A DNA stretch of 64,000 nt. Origin: Myxococcota bacterium (GTDB lineage: Bacteria; Myxococcota_A; Bradymonadia; UBA4248; JAVFAO01). Below the pieces are notes generated by a model that was not told the DNA's origin, did not search any database, and saw only the letters and a list, made by a program, of their open reading frames with translations. The stretch covers positions 30 to 64,029 of the forward strand of contig JAVFAO010000002.1 in NCBI GenBank assembly GCA_034002465.1, written 5' to 3'. Positions 45,223-53,835 of this stretch are shown here, in pieces (the first letter of the stretch is position 1; the number at the start of each line of letters is the position of its first letter). A program made the translations under genes and the position numbers.

Positions 45223-45404
45223 CAACTTGGGGGAACAGGCCGAGCGCCCAATGGACAAAAACTTGGGAGAACAGGCCGAGCGCCCAATGGACAAAAACTT
45301 GGGGAACAGGCCGAGCGCCCAATGGACAAAAACTTGGGGGAACAGGACAACTTGGGGAAACAGGCCAAGCGCCCAATGGACAAGAAGTGCACAATCAACA
45401 AAAA
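45223..45404 (+). repeat. 36-nt repeat family (B), tandem array of about 5 units, no spacers
   Basis: acttgggggaacaggccgagcgcccaatggacaaaa appears three times, then a shortened unit, a further unit and a partial one. Array-specific variants (ccGagcgcccaatGgacaaAa). Confidence 0.9.
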
Positions 45405-46657
45405 AGCCCCAGGATCCATCCCTCCTCGTCCAGCACCGCACGGAGCTGAGCAGCCGGCAGCGCCGCCATCCCAGCAAAGTCGCCGCGCAACGCAGCTTCC
45501 TGGTCACGTTGTCGTAGGGCCAGCACCAAGCCCCTGAGCGAAGCCTCCTCACGAAGCAGCTTGCGCCCTTGCGCCGTCTGCTCCACTTCTTCCGCCTCGA
45601 AGCGAAGAGCAGGCAGCTCCGCATAGGCCTCGGCAATGACGATATTCCCCTTGCCACACTCAGCCAGGCCAGCCCCGGTTTCGAAGGGCCACACCAGAGT
45701 CTTGTCGGCGAGCTCTGGAGCGAAGCGCAAGCGATGAAGATAGGGAATGCCCAGAATGGCCTTGGAGGCGTGTGATGGCGCACCGTAGAGCTTCCAAGCG
45801 AGGCCGGAGGCTTCACGCAAACGATCGACCAAGCGCTGTTCCTCGAGTGCCGAAGCCACCCGCTCGGCACCAAGCCCAGCGCTCAGCTCGCGTGATGGCG
45901 CCCCCCAAAACACCCGCTCTTTCCCTCTGCGTTCGAGCTCGAGGTTGAGCTCGGCAGCCAAGGCGTAGAGGTTGTTCCACTTTCTCCCCGCCTGCTCATC
46001 TTGCACGCGCGCCTCGAAGAGCGCCCAGCTTGCCAACCAAGGCCTAGCCTCCAAGCCCAACGCCGCTGCAAAGCCTCGAGGGAAGCCAAGCGCGAAATCC
46101 ATACACAGCAACACGCGTGCACCCGCCTCGCTCAGGGTGCGCAACCGTGCGCGCAGCGCCTCGAAGGCAGTCAGTCGCGTGCTGGGATTGTGGGTCTCGA
46201 GAGAACCCTCTGCGCTCAGCTCAGCCCACCACACCCCATCCCGCCCCTGCTTCGGTTTCTGCAGGCTGCTCCAGTGCACGGCGAGGTAGCTGTCGAAGAC
46301 TGGACCGCAATCGGGCGGCGCCTCCGCTGCGGCTGGCGACGGTGCACTGACGCTGTGGAGCACCGGCTCGGTACCCGTCTCCAAGCGCTCCTGGCCAATC
46401 GAGGGGGCTGCTTCGAGCTCAGCGGGGCTCGCCTGCTCTGGATTGAAGGTAGCGTCAACCACATGCCAACGCAGCTCTCCCAGCGGCACGGAGCCGATAC
46501 CCTTGAACAAGGCCCGCCACCCCCGCTGTGCCGAGCCAGTGACGTAGCTCACGAGCCGAACACGCGTCTCACCCTCGATCCAAACGCGCTGGCCCACGCT
46601 CAGCTTCGTGTTCCCAGTGTTGAGAGCAACAGAGTCTTGATTGTTGGTGATGGGCAT
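45395..46657 (-). CDS. hypothetical protein, possibly DUF429-like (RNase H-fold) with N-terminal SH3/tudor-like segment
   Basis: ATG 46657 follows AAGGAG. LAVHWSSLQKPKQGRDGVWWAEL and the C-terminal DEEGWILG recall a DUF429-like family (low certainty). The 3' end runs into the 36-nt array. Confidence 0.5.
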   Translation of the reverse strand: MPITNNQDSVALNTGNTKLSVGQRVWIEGETRVRLVSYVTGSAQRGWRALFKGIGSVPLGELRWHVVDATFNPEQASPAELEAAPSIGQERLETGTEPVLHSVSAPSPAAAEAPPDCGPVFDSYLAVHWSSLQKPKQGRDGVWWAELSAEGSLETHNPSTRLTAFEALRARLRTLSEAGARVLLCMDFALGFPRGFAAALGLEARPWLASWALFEARVQDEQAGRKWNNLYALAAELNLELERRGKERVFWGAPSRELSAGLGAERVASALEEQRLVDRLREASGLAWKLYGAPSHASKAILGIPYLHRLRFAPELADKTLVWPFETGAGLAECGKGNIVIAEAYAELPALRFEAEEVEQTAQGRKLLREEASLRGLVLALRQRDQEAALRGDFAGMAALPAAQLRAVLDEEGWILGLFC

Positions 46658-46732
46658 GGCTGCTCCTTGTCGCGAGTGGCGTTGCGCTGCCTTCGACAGC
46701 CTAGCGCAAAGCAGCCCCAGGCGCGACAAGAC

Positions 46733-46803
46733 AGCGCTCGCATTCGCTCGGTCGCGCGCATCCGATGCGCACGAGCAGCGCTGCGAGGTGTTCGCGAGAA
46801 AGC
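46733..46803 (+). mobile_element. MITE-like repeat E copy 2
   Basis: agcgctcgcattcgctcggtcGCGCGCATCCGATGCGCacgagCAGCGCTGCGAGGtgtTCGCGAGAaagc shares a ~55-nt core with 7604-7702. Intergenic. Confidence 0.55.
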
Positions 46804-46985
46804 CGCTGACTTCAGTCGCGGTTGTTCGCAATCTCTCGGACTGGCACTGTGAGGGCGTATGAACACGCGAGGCAGCCACCGGGATGGGGGCTTCTCATCC
46901 TACGATGCGCTCACCCACGTCAAGATGACCCGCGCCTTGGTTCTGAGGCGCTCATCACGCTGCGGCGTCGCGTTCGCCGCAGAGC

Positions 46986-47798
46986 TCATTTCGGACGGGG
47001 CCGACACAGATAGCGCTCGGGTCCAATGAGTCCACACTTCTCACACCGAAAACCTGTACCCAAGTCGGCACACAGCCCGGCTCGACGTTCGGGCTCGAGC
47101 TTGCAGAGGCGCTGCTTGCGCACACGCCGCTGCTCGGCGTGCTGCGGCGAGCTCGGCTCGCTCACAGAGCTATCGAAAGGCAGCGATGGGCACGCAGCCT
47201 CGCGCGATTCCCAAGGAAGCGCAGCTGGCACTAAGTCGAACTGAGGCGGCTGGGAAAGTGCAGGAAAAGCGAGCGTTTTGAGGGCCTTGCGCAAGGCGCG
47301 CAGCTGGCCCTCCAGCCTCTTGAGCTGCCTCAGCTCGCCGAGTGGCTGCTCCTGTCGCTCGAGCAGCTTCCGGTGCGCGCGCAGCGCCTGCCTGGCGAGC
47401 TTCAAGCGTTCACGACAGTCGCTGCGCTCTGCCGGCTCGACAGCAGCAAGGGGCGTCGACACGAGGCCGATGGCGCGCTCAATTTCCAAATTCGCACCCT
47501 CTAGCAGTGACGCGGCCTGCGCATCTCGAGACAGAAAAGCCATGGCGTGCGGTACTGACTCGGAGAACGCAATGAGTAGACGCTTCAAGCATCGCCGCCG
47601 CTCGCCCATCAAGCGTTCCTGCTCTTTGAGCTGCCGTGCATGCAGGGCAGCATCTGGCTGTGCGCTGCGTTCGAGTCGCTTTCGCAGGGCCCGAAGCAGA
47701 CTGCGCTCTGCTTTGAGCTGGGCTCGCTCACGACACAAGGCCTCTAGGAGCTCCATCATTGCCATTGCCTCCAGCGCGAATGCGCGCGCTGAGAGCAT
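46986..47798 (-). CDS. coiled-coil protein with C-terminal zinc-ribbon-like CxxC pair
   Basis: 270 aa, Arg/Leu/Glu-rich heptad-like sequence. Ends CADLGTGFRCEKCGLIGPERYLC. ATG lies 3 nt after the upstream stop (operon). Confidence 0.55.
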   Translation of the reverse strand: MLSARAFALEAMAMMELLEALCRERAQLKAERSLLRALRKRLERSAQPDAALHARQLKEQERLMGERRRCLKRLLIAFSESVPHAMAFLSRDAQAASLLEGANLEIERAIGLVSTPLAAVEPAERSDCRERLKLARQALRAHRKLLERQEQPLGELRQLKRLEGQLRALRKALKTLAFPALSQPPQFDLVPAALPWESREAACPSLPFDSSVSEPSSPQHAEQRRVRKQRLCKLEPERRAGLCADLGTGFRCEKCGLIGPERYLCRPRPK

Positions 47799-47801
47799 GC
47801 C

Positions 47802-48491
47802 TCAGCGCTGCTTCTCCATCTCCTCGAGGAGCCTCTTCTGCTCGGCTTCGATACGTCGCAGCTCCTCTTGCAGCGCCTCCACTTCTTCAGGGGTGGCTTG
47901 CAGGAAGTTGGCCGGGAAGACGTGCTGCTCGACGACCTTGTCGTTCTCATACACGGTGAGCGTCTCGAGCTTGCCCTCGCGGTTCCAGATTTTGGCCACC
48001 CCGTTGAGCTTGCCTTTGGAGAAATGCGACTCGTTCTGTCGAAGCTGTCCGCCGGGATAGAATCGGACGTACAGGCCGTCGTATTCTCCCTCGCCATAGA
48101 CCGTGTAGCCCTCGAGGCTGCCGTCGTCGCGGAAACTCCACCAAGCCCCCTGCCGTTTGTTGTCTTGGTAGTGTCCCTGCTGTTCCAAGCTACCGTTCTC
48201 GTGAAACCACAGCGCTGGCCCGTCCTTGGGTGGAATTCCGGCCTTGTGCTCCGGTGGTCGTCGACAGACGAGGGCACCATCCTCGACGGACTGAGTGCTG
48301 CCCGAAGGGCAGGGAAGCTGAGATTGAAGGTTGGCATCAGAGACGATTGGAACGTATTCAGGTATTGGGCTGGGAGCCTCCTGCTCTTTGGTCGGCAGGG
48401 ACTCCTCGCCGAGGGCCTGTGCGGTCAAAGCGAGCAGGCTGATGAGGCTTACGAACGAAAGGACGAAATGGCTCTTTGACGCGATCCACAT
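47802..48491 (-). CDS. MORN-variant repeat (YwqK-like) secreted protein
   Basis: ATG 48491 gives the signal MWIASKSHFVLSFVSLISLLALTAQA. Repeats of the type ENGSLEQQGHYQDNKRQGAWWSF / GKLNGVAKIWNREGKLE. Confidence 0.7.
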   Translation of the reverse strand: MWIASKSHFVLSFVSLISLLALTAQALGEESLPTKEQEAPSPIPEYVPIVSDANLQSQLPCPSGSTQSVEDGALVCRRPPEHKAGIPPKDGPALWFHENGSLEQQGHYQDNKRQGAWWSFRDDGSLEGYTVYGEGEYDGLYVRFYPGGQLRQNESHFSKGKLNGVAKIWNREGKLETLTVYENDKVVEQHVFPANFLQATPEEVEALQEELRRIEAEQKRLLEEMEKQR

Positions 48492-48513
48492 GAAACGCAC
48501 TCCATCAATGGTG

Positions 48514-49281
48514 TCACCGCATTGCCGCGGTGGGTACGCTCTGGGGCAACTCGGCTCGCACTGAGTTTCGAGGCATACGAAGCGCCCTGAGCTCGTCACG
48601 GATCTCGCGAAGGCGCTGAAGATGCTCGGCTCGAAACGCAGAAGACTGCTCTTCGTGTTCGGGCTCATCGCCGAGGCCAGTGTTTTGGCTCTGCCGCAGC
48701 TTGCCCAAGATGGTGGCCCGCAGCCGCTCTGGCTGCTCGATGCCCTCGAGCAGGGGACGAGCTGGGGCCAGGCCCGTCTTGGGGTCGACGGGGGCGCCCC
48801 CTGCGGTCTCGATGAGCAGCTTGGAGATGCCGAAGTAGCGCTCCACAGGCCCCTGAACGATCTTGAGGTTCTGCACATTTTCAAAGGTCACCGTCATCTC
48901 GTGGATGGTCCAGATGCCGCGCCGCAGAGTCAAGCTGCGTTCACCCATCACATACCAGGTGCTGTCGTATCGGAGCTGCGCAGCGACCCAAAGCAGGAGC
49001 GCAGGGGGTGCGACAAGCAGGAAGAGCACCGGCAGCAGCAAGAGCACGTACAGCGGTTCGAGCATCAACGCGAGCAAGAGCAGGGGTACAGAGAGCAACA
49101 CGGACACGAACACAGCCAACCAGAAAGGTATTCTGAGGACCTTCAAGAAGCCTGGAGCCGGCCTGAACTGCTGGCACTGCTCCCCAGGCCCCAAGGCCAT
49201 CCTGGGGGGGCGGTCGGGCACCTTGAAGAAGCGCACGAGCAGGGCCCAGAGCGCGGCGTAGAACGACGTTCCCACGCTCAT
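48514..49281 (-). CDS. membrane bPH_2 (YdbT/YdbS-like PH) domain protein
   Basis: Two TM helices, then SLTLRRGIWTIHEMTVTFENVQNLKIVQGPVERYFGISKLLIETAGG. The start overlaps the upstream stop (ATGA). Confidence 0.7.
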   Translation of the reverse strand: MSVGTSFYAALWALLVRFFKVPDRPPRMALGPGEQCQQFRPAPGFLKVLRIPFWLAVFVSVLLSVPLLLLALMLEPLYVLLLLPVLFLLVAPPALLLWVAAQLRYDSTWYVMGERSLTLRRGIWTIHEMTVTFENVQNLKIVQGPVERYFGISKLLIETAGGAPVDPKTGLAPARPLLEGIEQPERLRATILGKLRQSQNTGLGDEPEHEEQSSAFRAEHLQRLREIRDELRALRMPRNSVRAELPQSVPTAAMR

Positions 49282-49865
49282 CCCTTTGCTCCGTCAGGCT
49301 GTGACTGCATACGCGCTGTCTCGGCAAGCGTCATCTCGACGGCTGTCGGCGACTCGCCAAGTCCGCGCTCTGCGCGCAGTCCCCGCAACTCGTCCCTGAT
49401 CTCGGTGAGCAGCAGCAAGGCGTCATCCGAGGTGTCGGCGGGCTTCTCCTGCGCTGCTCCTCGCATCTGTCGATAGAGGAAGTCGCGCAGAGCTTCGTAC
49501 TGAGGGATGCCTTCGATGCTCATCTCGGCACCAGCGCTTGCGGATGCGGTCTGGAGGTTGATGGTGGCCAGCCCCAACCAACGCTGCAGGATATTGCGGG
49601 AGAGGTGGATGTCCTGAATTCGACGGTAGGTCAGCGAGATCTCGCGCCGAAACAGGATGCCCCAGCTCATCGAGACGCCCTTGCTATCGAAGGAGTAGCG
49701 CAAGCTATGGTATTTGAAGTAGAGAGCAAGCATGACGAAGGGCGCGCCTGCCACAGTCAGCAGCGCCGTCAAGACATAGTAGCGCCACAGCAGCGGGCTT
49801 GGACGGCGGATGCTGCTGGGATCAAAGTCACTGTTCTCGCCGGGCCCCTGCTCTTGGTCTGTCAT
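49278..49865 (-). CDS. membrane bPH_2 (YdbS-like PH) domain protein
   Basis: ATG 49865 follows GGAGG. LLWRYYVLTALLTVAGAPFVMLALYF, then ISLTYRRIQDIHLSRNILQRWLGLATINLQTAS. Confidence 0.72.
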   Translation of the reverse strand: MTDQEQGPGENSDFDPSSIRRPSPLLWRYYVLTALLTVAGAPFVMLALYFKYHSLRYSFDSKGVSMSWGILFRREISLTYRRIQDIHLSRNILQRWLGLATINLQTASASAGAEMSIEGIPQYEALRDFLYRQMRGAAQEKPADTSDDALLLLTEIRDELRGLRAERGLGESPTAVEMTLAETARMQSQPDGAKG

Positions 49866-49900
49866 GTGTGCCTCCGACGTTGCTCCTGGAAACTCGCAGC

Positions 49901-49936
49901 CAATCGACAAGAAGCCAAAGCCAGGAGGCGAAGACT
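49901..49936 (-). repeat. partial B unit + repeat module C copy 2
   Basis: caatcgacaagaag (B fragment) followed by ccaaagccaggaggcgaagac, which is the reverse complement of module C at 34104. Confidence 0.6.
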
Positions 49937-50153
49937 CGCTGCGAAGGCAGCCCGAAGCTTGCGTACCACGGCTGGCACGCAACAACTGAAGATAGCAGAT
50001 CCGAGAGCAGTGCAGAACACTGAGAGAGATGCGCTTTCGGCTGAGCTGTGCTAGGGAAGCGTACGGCTCGACTGCCACCGAGATGGCTCGACGGCAACTA
50101 TCCTCGAGGGCTGCGCAGCATACACGCTGCCACCACAACAAAAGGATCTGACG

Positions 50154-50909
50154 ATGTCCAGATTGGTCTTCTCGAAAAACAGATTGCTGCTCACCTATTT
50201 GCTTCTCCTGCTCTGCCTGGGTCTTGGTGTGAGCGCTTGCTCCGATGATGAGCCCAAGCCCACGACAGACACCGAAATCGTTGACAGCACTGACGCTACT
50301 GATACTGACGACAACGCAGAGACCACCGACACCCCAAACGACAGCGAGCTCGGCGACGACATTGAGCTCACCGTGAACTGTGACGAAAAGGCCGCAGCCT
50401 GCGCTGCAGAAGAGGACTTTGGCTCAGCGTTCACCAAGTCCAACGGGCGCGCCGACGGCACCCTCGTCGCCATCGTGCGCCCTACCGACCTCGACTGTGC
50501 ATGGCCCAACAGCTCTCACATCACCGTCCAGCTCGCGATCAATGGCGGCGTTCAGCGCTTGGTCGTCTCTGCAGAGGACATCTCCATCACCAGCGTCTCG
50601 CACCCCCTGATTGGGCCTCCCTACGCTGAAGGCTGGCACGAGGGGCAGCAACTCGATTACTGGATGGACCTCGGCGTGCACAGCACCGACATGACCGCCG
50701 CTTCACCTGATGAGGTCGTGGACTTCGTTTGCTCGCACCTCGAGCTTGGCGAAGAGGTCTCCGTCTTCGCATACTCCGACGGCAGCAAGCCGAGCAGCGC
50801 ACATCAGATCCATCGCAACGACAAGTACCCAGACGGCGCCATCGTCGCGCAACCCAACTCCGACAATCCTACCTGGCTGCTCTTCCGCTACGCGGACCAG
50901 AGCTTCTGA
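50154..50909 (+). CDS. hypothetical lipoprotein
   Basis: MSRLVFSKNRLLLTYLLLLLCLGLGVSAC lipobox. Acidic Asp/Thr-rich linker. No family recognised. Confidence 0.65.
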   Translation: MSRLVFSKNRLLLTYLLLLLCLGLGVSACSDDEPKPTTDTEIVDSTDATDTDDNAETTDTPNDSELGDDIELTVNCDEKAAACAAEEDFGSAFTKSNGRADGTLVAIVRPTDLDCAWPNSSHITVQLAINGGVQRLVVSAEDISITSVSHPLIGPPYAEGWHEGQQLDYWMDLGVHSTDMTAASPDEVVDFVCSHLELGEEVSVFAYSDGSKPSSAHQIHRNDKYPDGAIVAQPNSDNPTWLLFRYADQSF

Positions 50910-50944
50910 GCCTTGCAAGACGACTTCAAGATCATGAATTAAAA

Positions 50945-50993
50945 GGGATTTCAAAGGGCGAGCCCTTTGGCGGGGTGTGGGGCAGAGCCCCAC
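50945..50993 (+). repeat. REP-A copy 5
   Basis: gggatttcaaagggcgagccctttggcggggtgtggggcagagccccac. Lies between convergent genes. Confidence 0.85.
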
Positions 50994-51027
50994 GAAGCCC
51001 TTCCCTTCCAAATCCAAATTCCCCAAG

Positions 51028-52263
51028 CTAGAGCACCAAGACGCCCCACTCCACCGCCGTGAAGCCATCACGAACGAAGGGTGCAATGGGTGCTTCGCGC
51101 AGGACTGGTGGAGCGGGCAGGGGCCGAATCAGGAAGAGCGCGCGCATCAGACTCTGGGGGGCGGGTGAAATCTGCAGCGTCACCAGGGATGCGGCGTCTT
51201 GCGGATACACGGCATAGACGGCGGCAGGAGGCAGCACAGGCAGCCACCATGCAATGAAGTCGTCGATCTCTCTGCCCACGAAACCGAGCTCGCCGAGCAG
51301 TCTACGCAGCTCTGCTTCGAGCGCGCCGCCGTCCAAGACCCAACCCTCTTCGGTCTGGAATTGCTCGGGAAGGCTGGCCTCGTAGAAGAGATAGCCGTAG
51401 TCCTGCTCGATGATACCGTCGGGCTCGACCCACACGCTCCACCCATCACCGTATTCGGGCTCGGACAGAATCACCGCGCCTCCCTGGGGGAAGCCAAGCT
51501 GCACCGAGACCTGTGTGGCCTGCTCGGGGTAGAGGTAGAGGTTGGGCGCCGCCGCCTGCATGGGCTCGTTGAACACCAGATCTTGGTAGTCCATGCCCGC
51601 GGCGTTGACCAAAGCGAGCTGTATGGGCATGCCCTGATAGTCAAAGCGAACCACGAACTGTCCGAGCGGTAGCCCATCAACGGCGAAGCGCCCATTGGCG
51701 TCGGTGCTCAGAATGCCGACATAGCCGTTGGGCCCCTCGAGCCGCAGCTCCTGGTTGGGCACCACACAGTCGGCGAAGTAGGACTGAGTCCCAATGAGCA
51801 CGCCCGCGACCCCCTGCGTCGCCGGCGGCACCGCATCCAGATCGACGTCGAAGGGGACCGCCTTGCCCGCTCTGTAGATTTCGGTAAAGAAGCCCTCGGC
51901 ACGGGCATAGACATAGTAGCTCGGCGGGTCGGTGTAGGGCTGCTCTTCGAAGATGTCGAAGCTGACCGAGCCCTCGGTATCGAGGGTACGGGTCTCGAGC
52001 AGCGTTCCCCAACCATCGGAGTAAGCCTTGAGCTCGATCTGGGTGGCCACCCCCTCGAGCGGCTGCAAGAGCGCGAGGTCCTCCACATCGCTCTCATCGG
52101 CGCTGTCAGTATCTTCAATGGTTTCAGTCTGTTCTGTGGTATCAACCAGATCGACCAGATCGACCGCATCCGCGTCGGCATCGACCTTCTCTTCCTCCTC
52201 CTCGCAACTCCAGAGCAGGAAAGCACCCAACAACACGACCCAAGTCACCCTCGAGAATCTCAT
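51028..52263 (-). CDS. hypothetical lipoprotein with carboxypeptidase-regulatory-like beta domain
   Basis: ORF is over-extended through the 36-nt array. ATG 52263 follows AGGAGG. MRFSRVTWVVLLGAFLLWSC lipobox. GILSTDANGRFAVDGLPLGQFVVRF is CarboxypepD_reg-like. Confidence 0.65.
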   Translation of the reverse strand: MRFSRVTWVVLLGAFLLWSCEEEEEKVDADADAVDLVDLVDTTEQTETIEDTDSADESDVEDLALLQPLEGVATQIELKAYSDGWGTLLETRTLDTEGSVSFDIFEEQPYTDPPSYYVYARAEGFFTEIYRAGKAVPFDVDLDAVPPATQGVAGVLIGTQSYFADCVVPNQELRLEGPNGYVGILSTDANGRFAVDGLPLGQFVVRFDYQGMPIQLALVNAAGMDYQDLVFNEPMQAAAPNLYLYPEQATQVSVQLGFPQGGAVILSEPEYGDGWSVWVEPDGIIEQDYGYLFYEASLPEQFQTEEGWVLDGGALEAELRRLLGELGFVGREIDDFIAWWLPVLPPAAVYAVYPQDAASLVTLQISPAPQSLMRALFLIRPLPAPPVLREAPIAPFVRDGFTAVEWGVLVL

Positions 52264-52332
52264 CCGCTCCTCCTGTTTGGCACAGCTCGGGGGACTGCCC
52301 CGATGACTGGCTTTTCGTTGAGCTCGTCTACT

Positions 52333-52448
52333 CCAAGAACTTCGGGGAACAGGCCAAGCGCCCAATCGACAAGAACTTCGGGGAACAGGCCAAGCGCCCA
52401 ATCGACAAGAACTTCGGGGAACAGGCCAAGCGCCCAATCAACAAAAAG
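52333..52448 (+). repeat. 36-nt repeat family (B), tandem array of about 3.2 units, no spacers
   Basis: caagaacttcggggaacaggccaagcgcccaatcga appears three times nearly perfectly, then caatcaacaaaaag. Confidence 0.9.
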
Positions 52449-52642
52449 TCTGGCGGAAATGCAAGCAGGATTCAAGAGCCTTGGCGACAGCCCTTTGTTG
52501 CTGCACCTGCCGCTCTTCTACACGTGATGCACAAAGGACGTGCCACACTTGCCGCAGCAGAGCGCTGCTCCTTGGCGAAGCTCGGTGCGTGAAGCGCAAC
52601 AAGAGCTTGATTTCGGTCCGAGCCTTCGCTAGATTCCGCTCC

Positions 52643-52727
<85 letters not shown>

Positions 52728-52852
52728 TTCGTGATTCCGCTGCTGCTCAAGTGCTTGCGAGACAGCCTCGTTGCAGGCCTTGCCTGTCTCGAGCCACGAA
52801 TCGGCAGCACTCGACAAGCTCTGAGCTGCGCCAGCAAGCTCTCGAAATCAAA

Positions 52853-52901
52853 GGGATTCCAAAGGGCATTGCCCTTTGGCGAGGCGCGGAGCAGAGCCCG
52901 C
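52853..52901 (+). repeat. REP-A copy 6 (second hairpin diverged)
   Basis: gggattccaaagggcattgccctttggcgaggcgcggagcagagcccgc. Lies 126 nt after tRNA-Ser. Confidence 0.75.
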
Positions 52902-52985
52902 ATTCGTATTCCACCATACAGCCCTCACGAAGCTCTATCCAAGGCCGGCACTCGCGCGCTCGCGCTCCGGCCACCGAGACCAGCC

Positions 52986-53831
52986 ATGGCGAAGTATCCG
53001 GGACGGTGCCCAAGCAACCAGGCGCTCGACCTCTACTCTGGCTGCAGCTTTGGCTGCCTCTACTGCATTGGACATCGTCGCCACAGCGCTCAGCCTGCGC
53101 CCGCGACGACGAGGGCGACGCTGCTCGAGCAGCTCGACTGTGCTGGTCCAAACAGTGACCCCTACTACCTGTCACCCTGGACAGACGCCTACCAAGCGCT
53201 CGAGGCCCACCACTGCCTCACCCAAGCGGCGCTCGAGCGGCTCGCCAAACGTCGAGCGCCCTGCTTCGTCATCACCCGTAGCCCCCTGGTTGTGCGCGAC
53301 GCAGCCCACCTCGCCCATCGCGAAGACGCCTTCGTTGCCCTCTCCATCAACACCCTCGACCACAGCCTGACGCACCGCCTCGAGCCGACTGCGCCCTGCC
53401 CTGCCAGCCGCCTGGAAGCAGCCGTGCAGCTCCGAGAGGCTGGCGTGCGCGTCGTCTTCAAGCTCGACCCCATCCTCCCAGGCCTCACCGACGCAGACGC
53501 CCTCGAGACGCTGATGGACGCCATCGTCGCCGTGCGCCCAGTCGCCGTCACCGCAGACACGCTGCGCCTCACCGACGCCATCGCCACCCGCCTACGGCAG
53601 GGGCTCTCCCAAGAGGAGCTCGGCCAATTGAGCTCTTTCTACCCAGCCTTGACGAGCGAGCCCATTCACCCCCATCTGCCCTACCGCCAAGCGCTCTTCG
53701 AGCGCATTGCCGCTCGCTTTGAAGCTGAGCGCATTCGCGCCTGCTTCTGTCGCGCTTCACTGCCCCAGGCAGTGACGCCCTGGGATTGTCGGGGCGGCTT
53801 TTCCTGCGACGACCTCCCACACGGAGCCTGA
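52986..53831 (+). CDS. radical SAM protein (SplB/COG1533-like)
   Basis: ATG 52986 gives MAKYPGRCPSNQALDLYSGCSFGCLYCIG (CxxxCxxC). 281 aa. TIM-barrel-like alternating pattern. Confidence 0.75.
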   Translation: MAKYPGRCPSNQALDLYSGCSFGCLYCIGHRRHSAQPAPATTRATLLEQLDCAGPNSDPYYLSPWTDAYQALEAHHCLTQAALERLAKRRAPCFVITRSPLVVRDAAHLAHREDAFVALSINTLDHSLTHRLEPTAPCPASRLEAAVQLREAGVRVVFKLDPILPGLTDADALETLMDAIVAVRPVAVTADTLRLTDAIATRLRQGLSQEELGQLSSFYPALTSEPIHPHLPYRQALFERIAARFEAERIRACFCRASLPQAVTPWDCRGGFSCDDLPHGA

Positions 53832-53835
53832 GCCG

